20,799 nucleotides of DNA, from NCBI GenBank assembly GCA_037442745.1, contig JBBIPP010000007.1, forward strand, positions 52,943-73,741, given 5' to 3'. The notes below the pieces were generated by a model. It saw only the letters and a list, made by a program, of their open reading frames with translations. It had not been told where the DNA came from and ran no database searches. The position numbers and the translations under genes were made by a program. Origin of the DNA: an archaeon (GTDB lineage Archaea; SpSt-1190; DYHY01). Shown one piece after another: positions 7,055 to 16,010 of this stretch; within the stretch, counting starts at the first letter, position 1; the number at the start of each line of letters is the position of its first letter.

Positions 7055-8941
7055 TCAAGAACTCTGCACTTGGGAAGCCGAAGAGTTTCCGGCTGTCCCG
7101 GAAAAGTGCTTGGCGTTAAGCAGTTCTTCCTTCCCAACAGTCCCTTCAAGGCCGTATCCTACAAGGGCGTTCTTGTGGGAAGGCTTCCTCCGAGTCGAGG
7201 CAATTTCCGAATCAGTGTAATAGAGATAGACGCTTTTTGATGCGCCTCTTTCTAAGAAAACCGAAAAGTCGACCCTTGCGGAAGGGTTGGCTGAGGAAGA
7301 TTTGTCCTCCCCTATTGAAACTCCAAGAGCCCCCGGAAGCGTCTTTTCATACTCGCCAATTGTCGGAGCTTCCTTGTCCTTGCTCTTGGAAACAACTGTC
7401 CTCATAACAGATATTACCCCCGGAGGAAGGCTTTGGGAATCGTCAATTACAATGAAGTTGGGGGGCCTTATGAATCCCCCAATTGCCCGCTCGTTCAGGA
7501 AAAGAGCGACAGCGCCGATTGCAGTGTCCTCGGGTGAATTCACTCTCCAATATGCCGAATATTTCCCGTCGGAGACTACCGAACCCTCGCTTGGGAAAGA
7601 CTTGTTCCAATTGGGCTGCGAGAAGAAGTTCTGAAGAGCCCCCCCGAACATGACCTCGTTTAGGTTCGAGGTCTCAATGTCGAAGAAGTTCGTGTCCGGA
7701 TAGAATGTTCCAGAATACCGGTATGTGTAGTTCGCGCCAGAGCAGGATATTCCGAAATAATAGTCCAGCTGGAGGGAAATTTTCCCCTTCCTAATTGTGT
7801 GGTTGATATACTTGTAACCATCAGCGCACGCGCTCTTGGAATAGTCCCAACCCTCCTTATAGAGCACCGAAGGCGCGACCCCCGAGTATTTCCCATCAGG
7901 CCCGACGTTCCGGGCGAGGAGGTTTGCGCCTCCCTTCTCGGAGAGGTTCATTATCCCTCCTTGGGAAAGCCCGAAGCAGGCAACTAGCTTTCCATTGTCA
8001 ATGCAGAAATCCTTTGTGTAGTTCTGAACTGATATCTCGACTTCTCCTTCAAGAGGACTTCCCAACGGGTTTGAGGAATATGCGTAATATCTCCCGACGG
8101 TCCCGGGAGAGACTTTTATTGGAAACCTTATTTTGCAGGAAGCGCCGTCCTGGACAAGGACTTCATATTGGACTAGCTTACCTTCCTCAGACGTTATTCT
8201 CAGCTCATCGCACCTTCCGGTAGAAAGCTTGAGCTTCTCGAGAAGGACTTCGACGAAATTCCCGCTGTAGCCGTGCCCGGAAAAGTCCGTGAAATTTATT
8301 TCCCGCCGGTTCTTCCATGCGGAGTTGTACCAATTGGTAACTATTTTGCTCGGATATTCGAGGCCTTCTGCAGTTGCGACAATGGAGCTTCCGTCGGAAA
8401 TAGGGAGCGACACCGAAATATCTTTTCCGCCGTCAGAGCTTCCCCCGAAAGCCCACGTTGACTTGTAGTCCCTATTTCCAGTGTTAGTTACACGTATTGG
8501 GATTCTCGCCTTGAAAATCTCAAGGCTCCTTCCTGATATTTGTATCTCGTCTTGGGCAACGGAATTCGCAACAACCTTGATCCTGTGCTCCCCGAATGTC
8601 GGGGCAACCTCAAGCTCAAGGAAAGTCCTCTCGTTTTCGCCAAGGCCCCTGAAATCATCTACGAGGTTTGCCGGAACGCCGTCAATATAGACCGCGACAT
8701 CGCTTATCCTGCCTTTCCCGGAATTCCTTATTGAGAGGAGGTTCGAGTCAATAGCTTCTATTGAAATCCCAAAAGTTGTCCTCTTTTTTGCGGCCTCTGC
8801 CTCCACCTGAGCCAGCTCCCTTGCCTTGCTGTTGAATCCGCTTATTGTTATCCATGCCCCGAGAGCAATTGATATTGTGAGGAGGGCTAGGAGGGCTATT
8901 CCAATTGGAGCCAGACCAGTTCTGCCTCTGGAATCAGTCAC
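7055..8941 (-). CDS. Large surface protein with pilin-like (class III signal peptide-like) N-terminus and DUF2341-like domain
   Basis: RGRTG|LAPIGIALLALLTISIALGAW, then SIRNSG...VYIDG, then WYNSAWKNRREI...CDELRIT. Overlaps the upstream paralog by 8 nt. Confidence 0.75.
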   Translation of the reverse strand: MTDSRGRTGLAPIGIALLALLTISIALGAWITISGFNSKARELAQVEAEAAKKRTTFGISIEAIDSNLLSIRNSGKGRISDVAVYIDGVPANLVDDFRGLGENERTFLELEVAPTFGEHRIKVVANSVAQDEIQISGRSLEIFKARIPIRVTNTGNRDYKSTWAFGGSSDGGKDISVSLPISDGSSIVATAEGLEYPSKIVTNWYNSAWKNRREINFTDFSGHGYSGNFVEVLLEKLKLSTGRCDELRITSEEGKLVQYEVLVQDGASCKIRFPIKVSPGTVGRYYAYSSNPLGSPLEGEVEISVQNYTKDFCIDNGKLVACFGLSQGGIMNLSEKGGANLLARNVGPDGKYSGVAPSVLYKEGWDYSKSACADGYKYINHTIRKGKISLQLDYYFGISCSGANYTYRYSGTFYPDTNFFDIETSNLNEVMFGGALQNFFSQPNWNKSFPSEGSVVSDGKYSAYWRVNSPEDTAIGAVALFLNERAIGGFIRPPNFIVIDDSQSLPPGVISVMRTVVSKSKDKEAPTIGEYEKTLPGALGVSIGEDKSSSANPSARVDFSVFLERGASKSVYLYYTDSEIASTRRKPSHKNALVGYGLEGTVGKEELLNAKHFSGTAGNSSASQVQSS

Positions 8942-10838
8942 GGGTCGAGTACTCCTCCTCCTCTCCCAGAAAGAAATATGCGTGAAGCGGGGATTTTGCC
9001 TCCGATTTCAGCGAGTTCATCTCGAAGAATATGTTGTCTCTCTCGGAAATAAATGCCCTTGCCGAATAAATGTTCTCCCCCGCAAATATTGTCGTTTCCT
9101 CGGGTATTGCAACCGAATGTGGGGGAGCTATTGAGCCGAAAACGACATGTTGCGACCCCTCTAACAGGACTGCGCCAATGCCCAACTGCAACGGGGAGGA
9201 AATAATGTCGGTCCAATGGTAGCACGACTGGTCGTCGCAGCTCGCTCCTTCGGACGTGAGTTTGAGCTCATCAGTGTTCCAGTTAGGGGCGAAAAGGACG
9301 CTCTCCCCGTTCTTTCCAGTCTCTATGTCGACTTCAGGAACAACCGAAAAATCGTAAAAGCTCTTGTTTGAGTAAAACGATACAGATGTCCTGAATTCAT
9401 AAGTGCGCCCGCCCCGGCAAGTTGCGGAGAGCGAATAGTCTACGACTTGATAGAGAGGTCCCCCGATTCTCACTACTGGCGGACGGGAAAGAGTATAGTT
9501 CCCGCACCAAAGGAGGTCAAAGCCCTCCTTGTAGTTCATTTGGGGCTGTATTCCTGAGCGGTAATACGCGCTCTCCTTTGTGTGGCTAGTCAACAAGTTT
9601 TTTTCCTTGCCTGAAATATCTGATGAGAGGAAAGAGATTCCACCTTCCCCAGCCCCCCCGAAACAGAGCTTTATTTTGCTGTTCTCCATGCAACGAGAAG
9701 CGTGATTAAAATCGAGAACGTCTCCCGCATAGGGAATCGGGGGCGGGCTAGGATTGTTGTAATAAATATATCCAACAACCTGTTCCAAGATCCCTTCTGT
9801 AGCGTCAAGAGGAGATATTATTTCGCACCAGTCCGCACCTCCTGAAACAACCTGCCTTGCCCTCAGCTCTCCGAAAGAATCTGTTATTTTCACCTCGTTG
9901 CAGTTTCCGCTAGGTAAGACGAGGCCCGTATAATTTGCGCGGAAATATTCTTTGTTTCTCGAGAACCCAGCTACTTCTGAAGCGAATATAGGCCTCCTGT
10001 TCCTCCAGGCGGTGTCGCCCCAAGAAGAAGTGCTAACTGTTCCTGCCTGGAAATCGGGGAGGAATGGCCCGTTTTTCTCCTTGACTCTCACGACCGAGAG
10101 ATATACTCCGTTCTGGTCGGACTGCTTTCTTGCAGTCCAGACGCCTCCGGACAGGGACATTGGGACCTCTTCAGTCGTCCTGTTCGGGAGGGTTATTCTT
10201 GCAACAACCGATTCGGGGACCAGGCTTGCCGTCATTGAGAGCTTAACTGTCATCGGCGAGCCTAGCTCTATGTTCTTCGGGTGCACGCTCGCCGAAATGT
10301 AGTCTGTGCAGTATCCGCAGTCCTCAGGGCAGGTCGTGCAGCTTTCATCCCCCGGGAACTCGCATCGGTAGTTTCCGCACCGCGAAGTCTTTGTTTTTTC
10401 TACCCTGTATTCCGCGATTGTTCCCCTGTCAGCGACAACCCGTATCCAATCCCCCCTTTTCAGCTCAATTGAGACTCGGAGAATTCCCGCCTGCCCAGCG
10501 GAAATCGGCTCTGGCCTTGAGAGAATGTCTATTTTCTCAGAGTTCAGATAAACGTCAAAGTTCCGGAGAACCCCCTGCCCAATGTTCCTGACATACACTT
10601 CCTTCGAATATGCCGAATCAATTGAGAGCGCCCCTCCTGTCCGGGAAATCTGCTCATCTGCCTGGGAATCTCCCGCTCCCTGGAATTTCCCCTGCATTTT
10701 CCCGAAAAAAAGCCACGCCCCCCCTACTGACGAGATTACGAGGAGGACTAGGAGGATTGTTGTCAGTATTGCGTCAACCCCTTTTCTTCCCACGTGAGCG
10801 GAATTCCTTCCGGAGGAGGGAACTTTTCCAATTGCCAC
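8934..10838 (-). CDS. Large surface protein with class III signal peptide, Cys-rich motif and DUF2341-like domain (start may be GTG 10793)
   Basis: GRKG|VDAILTTILLVLLVISSVGGAWLFF, YVRNIG...VYLN, CGNYRCEFPGDESCTTCPEDCGYC and WGDTAWRNRRPI...CNEVKIT. Confidence 0.8.
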   Translation of the reverse strand: MAIGKVPSSGRNSAHVGRKGVDAILTTILLVLLVISSVGGAWLFFGKMQGKFQGAGDSQADEQISRTGGALSIDSAYSKEVYVRNIGQGVLRNFDVYLNSEKIDILSRPEPISAGQAGILRVSIELKRGDWIRVVADRGTIAEYRVEKTKTSRCGNYRCEFPGDESCTTCPEDCGYCTDYISASVHPKNIELGSPMTVKLSMTASLVPESVVARITLPNRTTEEVPMSLSGGVWTARKQSDQNGVYLSVVRVKEKNGPFLPDFQAGTVSTSSWGDTAWRNRRPIFASEVAGFSRNKEYFRANYTGLVLPSGNCNEVKITDSFGELRARQVVSGGADWCEIISPLDATEGILEQVVGYIYYNNPSPPPIPYAGDVLDFNHASRCMENSKIKLCFGGAGEGGISFLSSDISGKEKNLLTSHTKESAYYRSGIQPQMNYKEGFDLLWCGNYTLSRPPVVRIGGPLYQVVDYSLSATCRGGRTYEFRTSVSFYSNKSFYDFSVVPEVDIETGKNGESVLFAPNWNTDELKLTSEGASCDDQSCYHWTDIISSPLQLGIGAVLLEGSQHVVFGSIAPPHSVAIPEETTIFAGENIYSARAFISERDNIFFEMNSLKSEAKSPLHAYFFLGEEEEYSTRD

Positions 10839-10925
10839 GGGAAAAGGTGGCTTTCGTTCCTTTTAAAACAATTCTAGGATTTCCCGCGAAAATTGTTAAA
10901 AACACCACTGCCGAAAAAGACCGAA

Positions 10926-13904
10926 ATGGGATTTGGCAGCGACGGAGGCTTTGACCTTCCGGAAATAGAGGAACGGATTCTTTCATACTGGAAGGATAAT
11001 TCTATTTACAGGAAAAGAAAGGACGCTTCCTCCGGAAAGCCCAGGTTCACCTTCATTGACGGCCCCCCTTATCCTACTGGGGCAATACATCTCGGGACTG
11101 CCTGGAACAAGACAATGAAGGATTCCCTCCTCAGATACAAGTCAATGAACGGATTTTCAGTCAACGACACTCCCGGCTATGATATGCACGGCCTCCCGGT
11201 TGAACTGAAAGTCGAAAAGGAGCTCGGGATGAAGTCGAAAAAGCAGATAGAGTCCTACGGGGTCGGAAATTTCGTCAACTACTGCAGGAATTACGCGAAG
11301 AAGAACTTGGCAATAATGAATGAGCAATTCATCCGCCTAGGAGTGTGGATGGACTGGGATTCCCCATACATGACAATCGAGAACTATTATGTCGAGGGAG
11401 TCTGGTGGGGAATCAAGCAGGCGTATTTGAACGGCCACTTGGCAAACGGCCCAAAAGTCCTCACCGCTTGCCCAAGATGCGAGACTGCTCTAGCAAAGCA
11501 CGAGCAGGAATATGCGAAAATTACGGAGAAGTCGGTATATGTAAAGTTCCCAGTTGTCGGGAAGGAGAAGACTTTCATACTAATATGGACAACGACTCCC
11601 TGGACCATTCCGACAAATATGGGGGTAATGGTTAACCCGGAGTTCGACTATTCCTTTGTAAAGTCCGACGGCGAGACGTTTGTGCTTGCATCAGAGCTTG
11701 TTCTGAAACTTTTCAAGGATGCGGAGCACTCTGTTGAAAAGACCGTCAAGGGCTCTGAACTGAAAGGAATGAAATACTCCCACCCGCTGCTCGAGCAGGT
11801 CCCGATTCAGAAAAAGTTCGCGGAGAAGGAAAAGAACCACTCAATTATCCTTTCAAGCGAATTCGTCCATCTCGATGCCGGAACCGGCTGCGTCCACACT
11901 GCGCCCGGGACAGGGCCTGAGGATTTCCTGTTCGGGCAAAAGGAGGGGCTCGACATTTTCTGCCCAATAAAGCTCTCAGGAGCCTTCACTGACGAGGCTG
12001 GGAAATATGCGGGAATGTTCGCGAAAAAGGATGCGGATTCGGAAATAGTTTCCGACCTCGAGAGCCAAGGACTTCTTTTTTCAACGGAGAGCTTCACCCA
12101 CGAATATCCAATTTGCTGGAGATGCAAAACTCCCCTGATATTCCTTGCGACAAATCAGTGGTTCTTCTCAACCGAAGGATTGAGGGAAAAGATGAGAGAT
12201 GCGAACAAGGGTGTTAAATGGGTGCCGGATTGGGCTGGCTCTTCCTGGTTCGATTCTTGGCTATCATCGCTTCAGGACTGGTGCATCTCGCGCCAGAGAT
12301 ACTGGGGCGTTCCCCTACCAATCTGGAAATGCGGATATTGCGGGGAAATAGAGATAATAGGCTCCGCTGAGGAATTGCTAGGAAAACCTGAGGATCTCCA
12401 CCGCCCCTGGATTGACGAGATAAAAATCGACTGCAAGGGATGCAAGAGGGCGAAGATGGAGAGGGTCCCGGACATTTTCGATGTTTGGGGAGATTCTGGC
12501 TCTGCAAGCTGGGCTTCCCAGAGGTTCCCCGGGGTCAACAAAAACGTCCTAAATGAGACGTATCCTGCTGATTTCATTATTGAGGGAAAAGACCAGATAA
12601 GGGGATGGTTCAACAGCCTGATGTCCCTTGGGATTCTTGCTACAGGAAAAGCTCCTTACAAGGTGGTCTATATGCACGGATTTGTGAACGATGAGCTCGG
12701 ACGGAAATTCTCAAAATCCCTCGGGAATTTCGTCTCGCCTGAAGAAGTCATCCCGAAATACGGTGCGGAATCGCTTCGCCTCTTCTTCGTCTCGGCTGCA
12801 AGAGCGGGCGAGGACATGTCTTACTCCGACAGACATGTCAGGGAAGCCTTCAACAACCTACGGATCTTCTACAACATATACTCCTTCGCCCACAGCTATA
12901 TGAAAATGGACGGGTTCTCGCCAGGGCAAGGCCTTTCTTCCGGGAAGAAGATAGAGGACCGCTGGATTCTCTCAAGGCTGAACAGCACAATAAAGAAAAT
13001 GTCTGATAGCTTTGACCAATACCGCCTCGAGGAGACTTCAGAGGCCCTCCAGAAATTCTTCGTGAACGACCTCTCGCGCACATATGTAAAGCTGGCACGG
13101 GAGCGCACATGGCCCGGAGCCGAAAAGGAAGACAAGCTTTCCGCATACGAGACTCTCTACGAGGTCCTCTCAAAGCTCCTCTCAATTTCGGCGCCAATTG
13201 TCCCAATGCTCTCAGAGGAGATTTATCAGGGATTCAGGAAGGATTTCGAAAAAGGCCTCCCAGAGTCAGTGCATTTCGTTCCCTGGCCAAAGGCGGATGA
13301 GGGGAAAATTGACCAGGATCTCGAGAATTCCGTATTCTACTCCCAGAAAATAATAGAGGGGATTCTTGCCGCAAGGAACTCTGCAGGGATTAAGCTCAGA
13401 TACCCGATTGGAAAAGCCGTTGTTGTCTCAAAGGAGGCTTCGTTCTCCTCGGCAGTGACTCTTGCCGGAAGCATTATTGAGAGGCTCTCCAACTGCAAGC
13501 AGGTCGTCTATTCAGAGAGCGCACCCGAAGGCGAATATTCCTCTTCAATCGACGACTCTGGGTTTGCCGTATATGTCGAGAGGAAAATGGACGCGAGCCT
13601 TCTCGGGGAAGCGGCATCAAGGGAAATAACAAGGAAAATCCAGCAGATGAGGAAGGACTCTGGCTTTAACGTCTCCCAGAAAATAGACTTGGAGCTCGGG
13701 CTTGACGAGAATGCTGAGAAGCTCATTTCCCCCTTTCTGCCAGTCATGAAAGAAAAAGTCGGAGCCAATAATCTTGAAATAACCCGCATAACGAGCGGGA
13801 ACTCGACTTTCTGCGACAGCATTTCAATTGATGACCTCTCGCTTGGGACGGTGGAGATAGGATTCTCCAAGGTCGTGGCAGAAACTGGGAAGGTGGAAGA
13901 ATGA
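10926..13904 (+). CDS. ileS: Isoleucine--tRNA ligase, archaeal type
   Basis: DGPPYPTGAIHLGT, GYDMHGLPVE, WTTTPWT, GTGCVHTAP, DWCISRQRYWG, EGKDQIRGWF and KFSKS. ATG 10926 preferred over TTG 10893. Confidence 0.97.
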   Translation: MGFGSDGGFDLPEIEERILSYWKDNSIYRKRKDASSGKPRFTFIDGPPYPTGAIHLGTAWNKTMKDSLLRYKSMNGFSVNDTPGYDMHGLPVELKVEKELGMKSKKQIESYGVGNFVNYCRNYAKKNLAIMNEQFIRLGVWMDWDSPYMTIENYYVEGVWWGIKQAYLNGHLANGPKVLTACPRCETALAKHEQEYAKITEKSVYVKFPVVGKEKTFILIWTTTPWTIPTNMGVMVNPEFDYSFVKSDGETFVLASELVLKLFKDAEHSVEKTVKGSELKGMKYSHPLLEQVPIQKKFAEKEKNHSIILSSEFVHLDAGTGCVHTAPGTGPEDFLFGQKEGLDIFCPIKLSGAFTDEAGKYAGMFAKKDADSEIVSDLESQGLLFSTESFTHEYPICWRCKTPLIFLATNQWFFSTEGLREKMRDANKGVKWVPDWAGSSWFDSWLSSLQDWCISRQRYWGVPLPIWKCGYCGEIEIIGSAEELLGKPEDLHRPWIDEIKIDCKGCKRAKMERVPDIFDVWGDSGSASWASQRFPGVNKNVLNETYPADFIIEGKDQIRGWFNSLMSLGILATGKAPYKVVYMHGFVNDELGRKFSKSLGNFVSPEEVIPKYGAESLRLFFVSAARAGEDMSYSDRHVREAFNNLRIFYNIYSFAHSYMKMDGFSPGQGLSSGKKIEDRWILSRLNSTIKKMSDSFDQYRLEETSEALQKFFVNDLSRTYVKLARERTWPGAEKEDKLSAYETLYEVLSKLLSISAPIVPMLSEEIYQGFRKDFEKGLPESVHFVPWPKADEGKIDQDLENSVFYSQKIIEGILAARNSAGIKLRYPIGKAVVVSKEASFSSAVTLAGSIIERLSNCKQVVYSESAPEGEYSSSIDDSGFAVYVERKMDASLLGEAASREITRKIQQMRKDSGFNVSQKIDLELGLDENAEKLISPFLPVMKEKVGANNLEITRITSGNSTFCDSISIDDLSLGTVEIGFSKVVAETGKVEE

Positions 13905-14593
13905 ACAAGACGAGCCAGTTTTTTCTTTTTTTAATAATAGCAATATCTTTCATCGGGGCGTATAATTTCCCGAGGGCGGATAATGCGGTTTCGGCCGGGA
14001 CACGGTTCCTTGCCCTCTCTGGCTTTTTCCTAATGTCGGTATCGCTCTCAATCGGGCCACTTGCAATAATTTCCCCCAGAAATTTCGCCGCCCTGATTGA
14101 GCCGAGAAGGGCTGTCGGGATAGCGTCCTTCTTCATGGTTGCTCTCCACGTGCTCCTTTCTTTTGGCTACCAGTTCGAATGGGACTTTTCGTTCTTCCTG
14201 AAAAACTTCCCGATGCAGGTCGGGACGATTGCATTCGTACTGATGGTTCCCTTGGCAATAACCTCCGCAGACTGGGCAACAAGGAAAATTGGGCAGGCAT
14301 TTTGGAAGAACCTCCAGCGCCTGACCTATCCAGCGTTCGCATTCTCTCTCTGGCACTTTGTTTTCAAGGCAAACGGCCTATCCCTGAAAAGCCCTAATTT
14401 CTCCGAGTTCGCAGTTGTCCTTTTCGCGTTAGCGACAATAGCCCTCCAAGTGGCCGGGTTCTCAATTGTCCGGAAAAGAAAGGCGGAAGCGAAGCGAAAA
14501 GAGGATGAGCTGAAGAAATCCCATGCCAACTCTTCTAAGGAGACTCCTCAAGCAGGTTCCGAGCAAGAAAGCGCGCCGGAGAAATCTCCCTAG
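13901..14593 (+). CDS. MsrQ-like ferric-reductase transmembrane heme protein
   Basis: RRAVG, LH, LAITS and WKNLQRLTY...WHF motifs with ~6 TM helices. ATGA overlap with ileS. Confidence 0.8.
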   Translation: MNKTSQFFLFLIIAISFIGAYNFPRADNAVSAGTRFLALSGFFLMSVSLSIGPLAIISPRNFAALIEPRRAVGIASFFMVALHVLLSFGYQFEWDFSFFLKNFPMQVGTIAFVLMVPLAITSADWATRKIGQAFWKNLQRLTYPAFAFSLWHFVFKANGLSLKSPNFSEFAVVLFALATIALQVAGFSIVRKRKAEAKRKEDELKKSHANSSKETPQAGSEQESAPEKSP

Positions 14594-14829
14594 GGCTTGT
14601 CAGGAAGGACGTAATAATACTCTAATTTTTCTTTTCCTAGGTTCTTTACAGAGTGGAGAGTGTTTTTCGCTATTTTCAGGTGCCCTCCGGAAGGTATTTC
14701 GCCTGCAAGAGAACCTGCAAAGAAGACGGAGGCAGTTCCTTTTGTAACAACCAAAAGCTCCTCAAACTCCCCGTTCGAGTGCTCCTTCATTTCCTCTTTT
14801 GGCATCAGTGAAACCTTGCCGAATCGCAT
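14590..14829 (-). CDS. Cupin domain protein (79 aa)
   Basis: EHSN-x-x-x-EELLVVTKG ... IAKNTLHSVKN cupin motifs. Confidence 0.8.
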   Translation of the reverse strand: MRFGKVSLMPKEEMKEHSNGEFEELLVVTKGTASVFFAGSLAGEIPSGGHLKIAKNTLHSVKNLGKEKLEYYYVLPDKP

Positions 14830-14853
14830 TATGGTTGTGGCTTCCGACTGATA

Positions 14854-15420
14854 TTAAACAATTTCCAATTCTAGGCACATTTCCCTGTACGAGTCTGCGA
14901 GTTTTTCTTTCAGAGCCATTTTTTCATTGGCCGGAAAAGCTTCAGGCTTGCCAATGTCGGAATCTGCGAGGCGCCTTTCAGGATAAATGGGCGGTCCGCT
15001 TCCAATGAGTGCGTCCTCTTTTCCTTGGATAACCGCAATCTGGATGACTGGCGCGCCCGAGAGCTTTGAGAGAACGAATGCGCCATATTTTATCCGGAAG
15101 CGCTCATCCAAGGGAAAATCAATTTCCCTCAAGTTTTCTCAATGTAGATGAATTATGGCAATCCTTCCATTCCAGCTAAACCTGCTCCCAATTTCATAAA
15201 GAGACGCCCGGTTGTATAGCATTCTTTTCCTTTCCCCCTCTCCCTCCCACGTCCTTAGAGATTTACTGGGAATGCCTCAGTTTTCTTCCTTTGAATTGCA
15301 AGTAGCCGGGATTTTCCTTCGCTCTTGCTCAGGACCTCGGCCGATGCCTCGGGAACCCGGAGGGATAAAAAAGAGTGCTGAGCGCAGTTCGTCAGAACGG
15401 ACAAGTACTTGACTTTTCGT
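14854..15420 (-). pseudogene. Disrupted lysophospholipid acyltransferase (PlsC)-like gene
   Basis: EAFPVNL / frameshift near 15258 / RTWEG...NRASLYEI...GRIAIIHLH / TGA 15139-15141 / EN...IKYGAFVLSKLSGAPVIQIAVI...GPPIYP resembles PlsC motifs II-IV. No intact HxxxxD seen, and the 5' end is uncertain. Confidence 0.45.
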
Positions 15421-15451
15421 TATATTTTTGTGAAAAATCAAAAAAGTCAAG

Positions 15452-15526
15452 TGCTCCCGCCGGGATTTGAACCCGGGTCTCGGGCTCGAGAAGCCCAGAT
15501 CCTTGGCCGGACTAGACGACAGGAGC
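15452..15526 (-). tRNA. tRNA-Glu(CUC)
   Basis: GCTCCTG/CGGGAGC acceptor stem, anticodon arm TGGGC-TT-CTC-GA-GCCCG and TTCAAAT T-loop. CCA is not encoded. Confidence 0.95.
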
Positions 15527-15547
15527 TTTGGAAGAAAACCCGGATTG

Positions 15548-15602
15548 CGCTTTATATTACTTGTGGGCGCACAGATTTTTCTACAAAGAAAACATTTTTA
15601 AC
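15548..15602. promoter_or_regulatory. Divergent TATA promoters for the two tRNAs
   Basis: TTTATATT at 15551-15558 (minus strand AATATAAA) and TTTTTAA at 15595-15601, each ~25 nt from a tRNA 5' end. Confidence 0.55.
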
Positions 15603-15624
15603 CACGAGAAGGGCTGAAGCAATC

Positions 15625-15742
15625 GGGTCCATAGCTCAGCCCGGTAGAGCGGCAGTCTTATATGGCTGTGTTCTATACACACAAAAATATAGAGGCGGTC
15701 TGAGTCAGCTGTTGGTCATGGGTTCAAATCCCATTGGGCCCA
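15625..15742 (+). tRNA. tRNA-Ile(UAU) with a 44-nt intron at position 37/38
   Basis: GGGTCCA/TGGGCCC-A acceptor, D arm GCTC/GAGC, anticodon TAT at 15659-15661 and T arm ATGGG-TTCAAAT-CCCAT. Confidence 0.9.
15663..15706 (+). other. tRNA intron with bulge-helix-bulge motif
   Basis: Central helix CTTA(15657-60)/TGAG(15701-04), bulges TA^T and TC^A, and intron helix GGCTG/CGGTC. Confidence 0.88.
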
Positions 15743-16010
15743 CTTGAGCATTTTTTCTTTTGGAAAAAGCCTTGGCTTTCTGTCAGGATGCTCTGCGGAG
15801 AAAAAAGCTCCTAGGAACCAAAAGAAAACTTATCCGTCCATAGACGGATTTTCAAAAGAGCGATTTTATTGATGTCGGGACTGCTTGTTAATAATTATAA
15901 CGGTGCGCTGCATCCGTTGATGAACTAACATTATTCGTATAGAAACTTTTGAATATCTGAGAACGGAGGCGTATCGGAAAGAAAAGTTTATATTCTCCGG
16001 GGGACAAACA

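Noticed and set aside
15409-15747. 112-aa plus-strand ORF
   Set aside because: It overlaps both tRNA genes and is spurious.
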